A stretch of DNA of 64,000 nucleotides. It comes from Aerosakkonema sp. BLCC-F183 (GTDB lineage Bacteria > Cyanobacteriota > Cyanobacteriia > Cyanobacteriales > Aerosakkonemataceae). The notes beneath the pieces were generated by a model that did no database searches, was not told the origin of the DNA, and worked only from the letters and a program-made list of their open reading frames with translations. The stretch lies in assembly GCF_041929145.1 (NCBI RefSeq), contig NZ_JBHFNU010000005.1, positions 20,868 to 84,867 of the forward strand. Direction: 5' to 3'. Numbering within the stretch: position 1 is the stretch's first letter; each line of letters starts with the position of its first letter. Position numbers and translations under genes: made by a program. This document shows positions 38,045-47,876 of the stretch, piece after piece.

Positions 38045-38812
38045 ATGGAAAACATTGCTATCTCTGACTTATCGAACCAAAAATCATTAGAAACCACATT
38101 TTCAGAACTAACTGAAAGATGGCGCAAGGAAACGCAGATGATGTCCTCAATTACCAAAAAATCAAAACATCCTGCTTACCAAGAAATTATCAGCATGGGA
38201 ACACCAGTTTTACCCCTAATTCTACGCGAACTGAAGCGCCAGCCAGATCATTGGTTTTGGGCGCTAGTTGCTATCAGCGGAGAAAACCCTGTAAGTTCAG
38301 AATCCAACTTCGATCGCGCTGTTGAAACTTGGTTGGAATGGGGAAAAAATCGCGGATTAATTTAGATGGAGTCAATTCAATTAGAACTTTATTTTCCGAA
38401 TTTAAGAAACACCGGATATAGGATAGAAAGCCAAAAAACACCCCGATATAATTGTATTGCTTGGGCTGCTGGTGTAGACGATCGCCCTTGGTGGCCGATC
38501 GATTTACCGCCTTATTATTGGCCAGAAGAACCAAGAGTTGAATCCTTAGCCGCTTTCATTAGTGTTTTTCAAAGTTTAGGATATCAAGTTTGCGACAGTA
38601 GCGATCGCGAAATCGGTTTTGAGAAAGTAGCAATTTATATAGATGAAGATGAAATCCCAACACATATTGCAAGGCAACTTCCTTCTGGTGAATGGACAAG
38701 TAAATGTGGTGATTTGGAAGACATCATTCACACCTTAGAAGGGCTAGAGGGATCTTATCCAGCTTATGGAAGAGTAGCTTGTGTGATGAAAAGACCAATA
38801 TCGGGAAGCTAG
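38045..38812 (+). CDS. Hypothetical protein encoded as two same-frame ORFs (38045..38365 and 38366..38812) separated only by a TAG codon
   Basis: The TAG at 38363-38365 is immediately followed by an in-frame ATG; the second part has a Cys/His-containing core (YNCIAWAAG … IIHTLEG). Either one gene with an in-frame amber stop or a tightly coupled pair. Confidence 0.35.
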
Positions 38813-39064
38813 CATTTATCCGAATATATGGAAATTAATTAAGCTAGGGGGAAAACGCGATCGCACTTTCTCCACTCCCTCTCTATTCTGCACCAAAACT
38901 TTTAGCCATTCAGTCATCGATGGTTCAGTCATCATAAATTCTCCAAATCAGTTTTTAGCCTACTTGCATTTATTTTAACTTCGCCGCGCTACTATACAAC
39001 TATAGTTATCCGTCGTTTCTAAAGTCGCGTTGCGGTGTAAGTAATTCAAGCTGTTATTCTAGTT

Positions 39065-42000
39065 TTAAAATTGCATAAAGGAGGTAGATTCAATTACACC
39101 TTCAGCTTGATGAACGATCGATCGCAATTTATCTACCATCTCTGACTCAACATCTTGCCACAACCCGCGCTGATGCGCTTCTAACAATCTTTCTGCCATA
39201 TCTCGCAACACCCAAGGATTTTTTTCTTGGATAAATGCCTGCACGGATGGCTCAAATAAATACGCCTCTGCCACTCCTCTATACATAAAATCTTCCACAC
39301 AGTTAGCTGTAGCATCGTAGGCAAATAAATAATCCACCGTCGCCGACATTTCAAACGCACCTTTGTAACCGTGGCGCATCACTCCCGCTATCCACTTGGG
39401 ATTGACTACGCGAGAACGATATACTCGCGCAATTTCCGATCGCAACTGTCTGACTTTGGGATTTTCAGGCAGAGAATTATCGCCAAAATAAGTTTGGGGA
39501 TTTTTTCCAGTTAAGGCGCGAACTGCTGCTGTTAACCCACCCTGAAATTGATAGTAATCATCCGAATCTAGCAAATCGTGTTCGCGGTTGTCTTGATTGT
39601 GCAGAACTATTTGCATCTGCCGCAGACGCTGTTCAAATGCTTCTGGTGCTGCAATACCGAATTTGGGATTTTGGATTTGGGTTTTGGGATTTTCCTGTGC
39701 CTTTGTTTCCCTATGACTGGATGTGTAAGCATAGCTACTCCAATTAATATAAGCACGCGCTAAATCTTGCTCATCTTTCCAGTTTTGCGCTTCAATTAAA
39801 CCTTGCAGACCGGCACCGTAGGCACCGGGTTTAGAACCAAAAATGCGATAGTGCGATCGCATTTCTGCCTGTTCTTCATTTAACCCCGCAGCCAGCCAGA
39901 ATTGCCTTTCTTGCTTCACTTGCGCCGCCAAAGGATTGTCTTCCGGCGGTTCGTTCAACGCGGCTACCGCCGCTATTGCGCGATCGAATAAATCGATTAA
40001 ATTCGGAAAAGCATCGCGGAAAAAACCCGAAATTCGCAGCGTTACATCCACACGCGGACGCCCCAAAACCGCAACTGGCAATATCTCAAAATCTACTACC
40101 CGCCGCGATGGGCCATCCCACACAGGTCGCACCCCCAGCAATGCCAACGCCTGCGCCACATCATCGCCGCCAGTCCGCATCGTTGCAGTTCCCCATACGG
40201 ATAATCCCAGTGTTTTAGGATACTCGCCATTTGACTGAGTATATTGCTCAATCAAAGTTTCAGCCGCTTTTCTGCCAATATTCCAGGCTGTTTCCGTCGG
40301 CAGGCTGCGAATATCAACCGAGTAAAAATTGCGACCAGTAGGCAGTACTTCCGGGCGTCCCCGCGTAGGTGCACCAGATGGGCCGCTGGGTACAAATCGA
40401 CCGTCCAAACCGCGCAACAATTGGGTGATTTCTTGTTGAGTTTGTTGCAGTGCGGGTAGGAGGTAAGTGCTTATCCAATCTAACTCGCGCTTGATTAATT
40501 TTCCGCTTTCAATTATCAGTTGTTCTTTATCGGTTGCTATTAGCTGTTCTACTAAATTAGCTGCGTATTCTTCCAATAACTCGATCGCATCCCCAGCAGT
40601 TTGATATTTTGTGGTGTCTTGATATTTTGTGGTGTCTTGATATTTTGTGGGCTCTTGATATTTTGTGGGCTCTTGATATTTTGTGGGCTCTTGATATTTT
40701 GTAGGGTCTTGATATTTTGTAGGGTCTTGATATTTTGTAGGGTCTTGATATTTTGTGGGCTCTTGATATTTTGTGGGCTCTTGATATCTTGTGGGCTCTT
40801 GATATTTTGTAGGCTCTTGATATTTTGTAGGCTCTTGATATCTTGTAGGCTCTTGATATCTTGTGGGGTGGGCATCTTGCCCGCCTTCAATTAATGATGG
40901 GGAATTTAATGACAGGCGAGACGCCTGTCCCACAAGAGGTAGGGATGGATCTGCTGTTAAAGGGTCAAAATCCCAACCCCAATCTTTAGCGATCGCACGA
41001 GTTAAACCAAGGCGATTAGTACCGGGATGACGGGCTATAGCTACAATCAAATCCCTTAGCTGTCGCCCCTGCGGACATTGCCCGAAAATATGTAGTCCGT
41101 CCCGAATTTGTGCTTCTTTCAATTCGCAAAGATAACCATCAATTAAAGACAGAAGCGAACTGTCGAAATTTTCAGGAAAAAATTCTTTGTTTTGATTTTT
41201 TACTTTTAAATTTTGACTTACTTCTAAATCTTGCTGTAAATTTTCTTGCGATACCAACTGTGCGATGCGATCGGCTATCATCGGTAAACGCTTTGGGTCT
41301 AAACTTTGCGCCTCATAATATTCATCGATCGAACTTTCTAATTGTTGCAAAGGGCCATAAAGTTCCGCCCGCGTCATCGGTGGCGTCAAGTGGTCGATAA
41401 TCACAGCTTGAGCGCGACGTTTAGCTTGAGAACCTTCACCCGGATCGTTGACAATAAACGGATAAAAATGTGGCATCGCACCTAATGCCACTTCCGGGTA
41501 ACAATTACTCGATAAAGCGACACTTTTACCGGGTAGCCATTCCAAATTGCCGTGCTTCCCTACATGAACGATCGCATCTGCTTGAAAATGTTGTCGCACC
41601 CAATAATAAAAAGCTAAATAAGCATGAGTGGGTTCTAAATCCGGGGCATGATAATTCAAACTGGGATCGATATCGTAACCTCGACTCGGTTGAATCCCCA
41701 CAAAAACATTACCTAACTGAATTCCCGAAATTGGAAATAGGAAATTACCCCTTTCGTCCCCCCCGTTGACGGGGGGGATTGAGGGGGGGTTCCGAATTCC
41801 CCAGCGATCGCATATCCCTTGCTGTACATCTTTTGGTAAACTTACAAAATACTCGTTATATTCTTCTAGCGATAATTGCTGCCAAATCTGTCGTAATTCG
41901 CGCCCTTCCGGATCGTTAGTCACCCCAGCAGTCAAGCGTGCAATCAACTCATCGCCCGTTTCAGGTAAATTTTCCAAATAATAACCAGCCGATTGCAACG

Positions 42001-43231
42001 CCTTCAGAATCTCTACACAACTAGCTGGAGTATCCAATCCCACCCCATTAGCGAGACGCCCATCGCGATTGGGATAATTAGCTAAAATTAGAGCAATTTT
42101 GCGCTCGGAAACGGGAGTTTTACGCAGACGCACCCAGTTTAAAGCTAAATCCGCTACAAAACCAATCCGATCTAATTGCGGTTCGTATCCCACCACATCA
42201 GTTTCCAATTGAGGATGGCGAGATTGCACTGCTTTAAATGAAACTGCTCGACTGATAATTCGCCCATCTACTTCCGGTAGCGCCACATTCATCGCCATGT
42301 CTCGCGGCGAAAGTCCTTTGTATCCAGATTCCCACTGTTCGACAGTACCGCTGCTAAAAATTACTTGCAATACAGGCACATCTAAATTTTCAATAGGGGA
42401 TGGCATTGTCAATCCCAAATCTGAAATGGAAAAGCTAGTTGTATTTAGTAAAATATCTATTTGTTCTGCATCTTTGGGCTGGCAATATTGCAACAGTTCT
42501 GCTTGCACATCAGGTTCTCGCAAAGAAGAGACAAATATTGGCACTGGTTGTAATTTCCGAGCGGATAAAGCTTGACAAAGCGCATCGATTACAGTTGTAT
42601 TTCCAGCTAAATAATGAGCGCGGTAAAATAATATTCCAACTTTAGCTATTGACAATTCTGCTTGTTTCCCATTTCCCATTTCCCAGCGATAAAGTCCCAC
42701 ACGGGGAACTTCTGCTGGTGGCGGCGGATTGTAGGTTTGAGCTAAGCACACATCGGCAACAAATTTAAGCGCGTTCACAAAATTTTGCACGCCGCCTTCG
42801 GTGAAATAGCGCCACAGCTGGTTAACTACTGTGAGGGAGACGGTGGAGCGATCGAATAAATGGGGATCTGGGCGATCGTCTCCCGGCATCACAATCAGCG
42901 TTTTCTGGGATTTTTCCACCGTTTCCCGCACTACTTCCAATCCATAAGACCAGTAGGAACGTCCTCCTAGCAGCCTGACGATAATTACCTCTGCTTGTGC
43001 AAGCACTTGTTCTGCATAAGTATCAATACTTAACTGTTGTTGCAACTGCAACAGATTCACCACCCGCAGCGCTGGGAATCCCTCCGGTAGGAAGCCGACT
43101 GCGGCGGCAAAGGTTTGGATATCCGTATCCGCAGCAGTTAGAAAAACGATGGGAGCAGGCGTTTGCTCCACAAAAATGACTCCTTCTTCCTGAAAATTCC
43201 ACCCTCCGGGGGTAGCAGCTAAACGATGCAA
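39065..43231 (-). CDS. cobN: Cobaltochelatase CobN subunit with an in-frame (PTKYQE)n hexapeptide-repeat insertion
   Basis: N-terminus MHRLAATPGGWNF…VFLTAADTDIQTFAAAV parallels CobN (…ILFLSAADTEL…); overall 1388 aa with a CobN/Mg-chelatase architecture; starts with TTG. ~16 copies of the 18-nt unit at 40601-40872 encode PT(K/R)YQ(E/D). Confidence 0.8.
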   Translation of the reverse strand: MHRLAATPGGWNFQEEGVIFVEQTPAPIVFLTAADTDIQTFAAAVGFLPEGFPALRVVNLLQLQQQLSIDTYAEQVLAQAEVIIVRLLGGRSYWSYGLEVVRETVEKSQKTLIVMPGDDRPDPHLFDRSTVSLTVVNQLWRYFTEGGVQNFVNALKFVADVCLAQTYNPPPPAEVPRVGLYRWEMGNGKQAELSIAKVGILFYRAHYLAGNTTVIDALCQALSARKLQPVPIFVSSLREPDVQAELLQYCQPKDAEQIDILLNTTSFSISDLGLTMPSPIENLDVPVLQVIFSSGTVEQWESGYKGLSPRDMAMNVALPEVDGRIISRAVSFKAVQSRHPQLETDVVGYEPQLDRIGFVADLALNWVRLRKTPVSERKIALILANYPNRDGRLANGVGLDTPASCVEILKALQSAGYYLENLPETGDELIARLTAGVTNDPEGRELRQIWQQLSLEEYNEYFVSLPKDVQQGICDRWGIRNPPSIPPVNGGDERGNFLFPISGIQLGNVFVGIQPSRGYDIDPSLNYHAPDLEPTHAYLAFYYWVRQHFQADAIVHVGKHGNLEWLPGKSVALSSNCYPEVALGAMPHFYPFIVNDPGEGSQAKRRAQAVIIDHLTPPMTRAELYGPLQQLESSIDEYYEAQSLDPKRLPMIADRIAQLVSQENLQQDLEVSQNLKVKNQNKEFFPENFDSSLLSLIDGYLCELKEAQIRDGLHIFGQCPQGRQLRDLIVAIARHPGTNRLGLTRAIAKDWGWDFDPLTADPSLPLVGQASRLSLNSPSLIEGGQDAHPTRYQEPTRYQEPTKYQEPTKYQEPTRYQEPTKYQEPTKYQDPTKYQDPTKYQDPTKYQEPTKYQEPTKYQEPTKYQDTTKYQDTTKYQTAGDAIELLEEYAANLVEQLIATDKEQLIIESGKLIKRELDWISTYLLPALQQTQQEITQLLRGLDGRFVPSGPSGAPTRGRPEVLPTGRNFYSVDIRSLPTETAWNIGRKAAETLIEQYTQSNGEYPKTLGLSVWGTATMRTGGDDVAQALALLGVRPVWDGPSRRVVDFEILPVAVLGRPRVDVTLRISGFFRDAFPNLIDLFDRAIAAVAALNEPPEDNPLAAQVKQERQFWLAAGLNEEQAEMRSHYRIFGSKPGAYGAGLQGLIEAQNWKDEQDLARAYINWSSYAYTSSHRETKAQENPKTQIQNPKFGIAAPEAFEQRLRQMQIVLHNQDNREHDLLDSDDYYQFQGGLTAAVRALTGKNPQTYFGDNSLPENPKVRQLRSEIARVYRSRVVNPKWIAGVMRHGYKGAFEMSATVDYLFAYDATANCVEDFMYRGVAEAYLFEPSVQAFIQEKNPWVLRDMAERLLEAHQRGLWQDVESEMVDKLRSIVHQAEGVIESTSFMQF
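40601..40872. repeat. 18-nt tandem repeat (TTGATATTTTGTGGGCTC and variants, ~15 copies) within cobN
   Basis: Read directly; the copy number is a multiple of 3 and preserves the frame; variant units are clustered (GTGTCT, GGCTCT, GGGTCT types). Confidence 0.9.
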
Positions 43232-43967
43232 GATGGTATCCCTTTTTCTGTCTGCTTACTCGACGTTGCGCTCTCTTCAGCGCTTTTTCATCTTGCCTCA
43301 AAATGCGAGGGTTTTCAATTTTTTTCCCATCTGCATCAGTAGAGAAATGGTTCTAACCCATATCTAAGCCTAATATCTTACCAGTTAAATCATGATTTGC
43401 CTTACTTTCGCCATCAATGCAAAACTGTGCTTAATATCCATCAGAACGGCTAACTATTCTAACTCGCTGGATTTGACGGATCTCAGAGAAGTGCAAATCT
43501 CTATTTCCCTAAAGCTTGAAAATGCCTCCACCAAACTGGTCGGTAAATGTGATATTTCTTCTTGCTTGCGATCGCACCCATCCGCAGGTTTTATATTTAA
43601 CAGATGTCCTTCTTTGCAGCCGCTTGAATTTTGGATACCTTTTGGCCTGGGACTTGATTTTTCCAATTATCAAAGAATTTGTATATGCCTACCAGTTTTC
43701 TTTCAGCCATTGGTTAACGTGACATTGAGTTAAGTTTTTTACCCAAGCGAACTCAGGGTTTTCAGCTAAACCCGGTCGTATTTTATTGATATCCATACCG
43801 TTTATTCCTGGATCGTCCATCCTGTAACGCAAAGATTTATTACGAAAAAAAGGCCAGTCGGCAACATATCATCAATGATGCGATACTGGCTGAGAGTTTC
43901 TTGTAACTTAGCTTCATAAACTAGCATTTATGTAAAACAATTATTCAGGTATTGTAGCAATGTTTGT

Positions 43968-43998
43968 AAAAATATGGTACTCGATGTACCATATTTTT
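43968..43998. promoter_or_regulatory. Perfect 13-bp-arm palindrome AAAAATATGGTAC-TCGAT-GTACCATATTTTT upstream of the CikA-like kinase gene (LexA-box-like GTAC…GTAC core)
   Basis: Read directly, ~75 nt upstream of the 44071 start; the core TGGTAC-N5-GTACCA resembles the cyanobacterial LexA box (GTAC-N4-GTWC) but with 5-nt spacing. Confidence 0.4.
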
Positions 43999-44070
43999 AA
44001 CACCTTCGCTCCCAACCAAACTAACGGTATAATCGCGGTAAAAGGCAAATCTGATAAATAAATATCTAAA

Positions 44071-46545
44071 ATGGTCAGTTATCAAAATTCAATTTTAAAT
44101 CGATGTTTGCCCCTGACTACTTTTGAGCGGGTGCGAGAGTTATTGGGGCAGATGGCTCAAAGGTTTCAGGCAGATACCGGCGTCAATTTTTCCGCTTTGC
44201 GGAAAAGACAAGAACAAGATTTTACCTTATTTCTGACGGAAGATGTAGTATCCTCTGTAGAAGTACCCCAAGGAACGCTGCCAGAAAGGTTCGCGCTGTT
44301 AATTTCAAAGCGCTTTAGCGCCTGGTTGTTCGGAGACAGGGCATGGGAGAAAAGCGAGACGGAAAGCCCGAACGGAAAGGATAATCTGCCGACGACCAAT
44401 TGCCAAGTGTCAATCCCCAATGCCCAATTCCTTAGCGTGGGGTTAACTTTCGAGCCAACAGCGATCGTCGCCTTTCTCACCCAACTCAGTAATTTAGTAG
44501 AAAACAATCTCTTTGCCCGTCAAACTCTGCAAGCAGCAAGCAAAATCCCCCAGTCTAACGACCCGACGCTTCAAAGTGAATTTACTCTCTCGTTGCTAGA
44601 AATCTTTTCCCAGGATCGAGAGGAAAACAATGCAGCAGAAAAGGTCTATCCTTATGTTTCTGTGTGTCAACCCGTTCATAATACGCTCAGCCAACAGATC
44701 GAACAAGAGCGACTCCTGAATCAGGTGACAACGCAAATCCGCCAAAGTCTCGAATTACCGGTCATTCTCAATACTGCTGTTGAGCAGGTAAGAAATTTTT
44801 TGCAAGCCGATCGCCTGATCGTATATGAATTTCACTGCGACACAGTAGAGGAGCGGCATAACTCTAAAATAGCTTCTTCTTCAGGCGACTACCACGGCTT
44901 TGCAGTCAACCAGAATGCCGACTCAAACTTTCCAGACCCCCTCTATCCTCTGGCATCTTTGGATTCTTCCTCCTGTTACGGTCGCATTACCTACGAAGCT
45001 AAGGCAAACGATAGCATACCCTCAGTACTCTATTTGGCAGAGGAGGGATACTGCTTCATCAAAGTGCCTAAATGTCGCGAGAAATATCGCAAAGGTTTTG
45101 CCTTAGCCGTCGAAGATATCGAAACTGCCTACATTTTTTCTCCCTGCTTGTTGGACTTAATGCGAAATGTGCGGGTGCGAGCCAAGTTAGCTGTACCGAT
45201 CGTCATCCAAGAACAACTCTGGGGACTGCTCATTGTCCATCAATGCTTCCAACCCCGCCAATGGCAGGAAAATGAAAAAAACTTTCTCCGGCAAATTGCA
45301 GAACACTTAGCGATCGCCATTTACCAAGCTCAACTTTATGCCCAACTCCAACAGCAAAAACAAACTTTAGAACAACGGGTGATCGAGCGCACCCAAGAAC
45401 TCCACGATGCCATGCTAGCCGCACAATCAGCCAGTCGCACCAAAGGTGAGTTTCTCGCCACCATGAGCCACGAATTGCGAACACCTCTCACCTGCGTCAT
45501 CGGGCTCTCTGCGACTCTCTTGCGCTGGTCATTCGGTCAACTCAGTCAGAAACAGCGGCAATACCTGCAAACTATCCACGATAACGGAGAACACTTATTA
45601 GAGTTAATCAACGATATCCTCGAACTTTCTCAAATGGAAGCGGGTAAAACCGTTTTAAATATCAGCGATATTTCCTTATCTCTAGTCGCACAATATAGCT
45701 TACAAATTGTCAGAGAAAAAGCCCTCCAACGCGGCGTTGAACTGGCAATCAATTTACGTATATCTCCCAGTCAAGACCGATTTTTAGCTGACGGTAAACG
45801 AGTTAAACAAATTCTTTTTAATCTCCTAACTAATGGCATTAAATTTACTCCCTCTGGCGGACGAGTGACTCTGCGAGTTTGGTTGGAGGGCACTCAGGCT
45901 GTGTTTCAGGTAGAAGATACCGGGATCGGCATTTCTCAAGAGCAGCTACCTCTAATTTTTCAGAAATTTCAACAGTTGGATACCTCTTATCACCGCCAAT
46001 ACGAAGGCACTGGTTTGGGTTTGGCTTTAACAAAACAACTGGTAGAATTGCATAGGGGTCGGATCGAAGTCGATTCTAGGGTGGGAGAGGGATCGATTTT
46101 TACAGTTTGGTTGCCTCTACCGCCATCACCTCCTTCTCCCAACGATCCGCGCATACCGATAATGACCGACCTCCCCCAAGGGCGCATTGTGTTGATTGAA
46201 AATGATGAAGAAACAGCTAACCTCATCTGCGATATTCTCACTGCCGCCGGCTATCAAATTGTCTGGATTATTGAAGGCACAACCGCTATAAAACAAATTG
46301 AAATTTTGCAACCTTTCGCCGCACTCGTGGAAATTAATCTTTCCGGTCTAAATGGTTATGAAGTGATCCGTCAATTGCGTAATTCATCTGCAATATCAAA
46401 CCTAAAAATTTTGGCTATAACTGCTACGGAAATACCCGCAAATCAATTATACGGTTTGGGGGCAGAGCCAGATGATTATCTGAATAAACCCGTGCAGCCA
46501 CAAGAGTTATTGCACAAAGTTCAATTGCTAATGACTAATAATTAA
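44071..46545 (+). CDS. CikA-like GAF sensor histidine kinase with a C-terminal pseudo-receiver domain
   Basis: N-terminal ~200-aa domain of unknown type, GAF, H-box FLATMSHELRTPL, HATPase_c (DTGIGIS, GTGLGLALTKQLVELHRG). The C-terminal REC-like fold has Glu at the phospho-acceptor position (ALVEINLSGLNG) and ENDEE in place of the acidic-pocket DD. Confidence 0.55.
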   Translation: MVSYQNSILNRCLPLTTFERVRELLGQMAQRFQADTGVNFSALRKRQEQDFTLFLTEDVVSSVEVPQGTLPERFALLISKRFSAWLFGDRAWEKSETESPNGKDNLPTTNCQVSIPNAQFLSVGLTFEPTAIVAFLTQLSNLVENNLFARQTLQAASKIPQSNDPTLQSEFTLSLLEIFSQDREENNAAEKVYPYVSVCQPVHNTLSQQIEQERLLNQVTTQIRQSLELPVILNTAVEQVRNFLQADRLIVYEFHCDTVEERHNSKIASSSGDYHGFAVNQNADSNFPDPLYPLASLDSSSCYGRITYEAKANDSIPSVLYLAEEGYCFIKVPKCREKYRKGFALAVEDIETAYIFSPCLLDLMRNVRVRAKLAVPIVIQEQLWGLLIVHQCFQPRQWQENEKNFLRQIAEHLAIAIYQAQLYAQLQQQKQTLEQRVIERTQELHDAMLAAQSASRTKGEFLATMSHELRTPLTCVIGLSATLLRWSFGQLSQKQRQYLQTIHDNGEHLLELINDILELSQMEAGKTVLNISDISLSLVAQYSLQIVREKALQRGVELAINLRISPSQDRFLADGKRVKQILFNLLTNGIKFTPSGGRVTLRVWLEGTQAVFQVEDTGIGISQEQLPLIFQKFQQLDTSYHRQYEGTGLGLALTKQLVELHRGRIEVDSRVGEGSIFTVWLPLPPSPPSPNDPRIPIMTDLPQGRIVLIENDEETANLICDILTAAGYQIVWIIEGTTAIKQIEILQPFAALVEINLSGLNGYEVIRQLRNSSAISNLKILAITATEIPANQLYGLGAEPDDYLNKPVQPQELLHKVQLLMTNN

Positions 46546-46557
46546 TTGTTGGTTGTT

Positions 46558-47706
46558 CATTAGACATCTCCAACATATAAACTAAACTGCGAGCGAGTAG
46601 GATAAAATGGAGTTTTACCTTACCGAAATGAGCCAACTGAGAGAATATATAGAAAAGCACCCATCCGAAACCCAAAGGTTAGTGGGTGTCGATTATGAGC
46701 AGTTAATAGAGTTGAGCGGTCTTGCAGAAAGATTACACAAGCAGAAACAACTTGCAGCAGAACAGAGAAAAACGAGAATAATCAAGGCTGGAGGGGGAAG
46801 ACAGCCAAAGTTAAACTTGAGTGACCAAGTTCTACTAACCTTAGTATATCTGCATCACCTACCAACATTCCAGATGCTAGGAGTTCAGTTCGGAGTAAGT
46901 GAATCAGCAGCTAATTATATATTTCACTACTGGCTAGGAATATTAAGGGAACTGCTACCAGCCTCTTTAGTAGAACAAGTAAAAAAAAAGCCTCAGAATG
47001 GTCATGGATTGAAGAAATATTAAGCGACTTTGAGTTAATAGTGGATAGCTACGAGCAACCGCGTGAAAGGCCAGCAGAGTACCAAGAGCAAAAAAAGTAT
47101 TACTCAGGAAAGAAGAAAAAGCATACATTTAAAAACCAATTAATAGTAATGCCTTCTGGTCAAGAGATAGTGGATGTAGTAGTAGGGAAACCAGGCGCAA
47201 CCAGTGATATAAAAATATGGCGAGAACAACGGAGAGAATTCAGTAGTGGCCAGAAATTTCAAGGAGACAAAGCTTACGTAGGAGAACCAGCGATTGACAC
47301 CCCTCATAAGAAAACTAGAAGTAAAGGTATAACGCTTGAACAAAAACAAGATAATCAAAAAAAAGCCCGCACTAGAGTGGTGGTAGAGCACTTAATTAGA
47401 CTGGTGAAGACTTTTCGGATAGCGGCAGAAAGATTCCGGTTAAAATCCACAACTTATGAACCAGTAATTCTGACTGTATGTGGATTAATCAGATGGCGGA
47501 TAGGTGCAATAGTTCGCGCATAGCTAAAAAGCCTAAAATTTCTGACTAAATATGAAACAATCTTACCTCAAAAATCCCTTCTATTTTGACCGCAACACTG
47601 CCAAAGCCTTATGTAACCGTTGGTTTTTGACTGCCTGCCCTTTGGGGGGCAGGCAGTCAAAAACCAATATTATAAAGGCTTTGGCAGTTTTTGGAGATGT
47701 CTATTG
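46558..47706 (+). mobile_element. IS5-family (IS427-group-like) insertion sequence, ~1.15 kb, two-ORF transposase with an A9 frameshift site; imperfect 16-bp terminal IRs CA(T/A)TAGACATCTCCAA
   Basis: IRL at 46558-46573 and IRR at 47691-47706 (reverse complement, one mismatch). ORFA 46607..47023 ends just after a run of nine A at 46982-46990; the next frame continues …EWSWIEEILSDFELIVDSYEQP… into ORFB 47041..47523 (DDE_Tnp_4-like: KKHTFKNQLIV…GDKAY). A nested perfect hairpin lies at 47590-47690. Confidence 0.7.
46607..47523 (+). CDS. IS5/IS427-group transposase (orfA 46607..47023 plus orfB 47041..47523, joined by a frameshift at the A9 tract)
   Basis: OrfA has an HTH-like N-terminus; orfB has DDE_Tnp_4-like motifs; the protein sequence is continuous in the alternative frame across the A9 run. 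Confidence 0.65.
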
Positions 47707-47753
47707 TTGATGCTTCATGCTTTATCATTTATCACGCGCCATAAACTTTTCCA

Positions 47754-47876
47754 ACAACTGACAACTAACAACTGACAACTGACAACTGACAACTAACAAC
47801 TGACAACTGACAACTGACAACTGACAACTGACAACTGACAACTGACAACTGACAACTGACAACTAACAACTGACAA
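47754..47876. repeat. STRR-like heptamer array (CAACTGA/CAACTAA)x17 abutting the nanE start codon
   Basis: Read directly; the array ends at …CAACTGACAA immediately before the ATG at 47877; it resembles cyanobacterial STRR3 (CAACAGT). Confidence 0.9.

Noticed and set aside
40601-40872. Possible CRISPR array (regular short repeats)
   Set aside because: The units are contiguous 18-mers with no spacers, are in-frame inside a conserved CDS, and no cas genes are nearby. The same reasoning applies to the heptamer arrays at 47754 and 6408.
40552-40894. ORFs 40552..40890(-) and 40601..40894(+) with repetitive translations (QNIKSLQNIK… / LIFCGVLIFCG…)
   Set aside because: Alternative-frame readings of the 18-nt tandem repeat inside cobN. 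The cobN frame (PTKYQE) is the real one.
43232-43700. Cobalamin riboswitch upstream of cobN
   Set aside because: I looked on the minus strand for a B12 box (GCCACUG-like) and the conserved AGGGAA/GGUG elements and did not find a convincing match. It cannot be excluded without a covariance-model scan.
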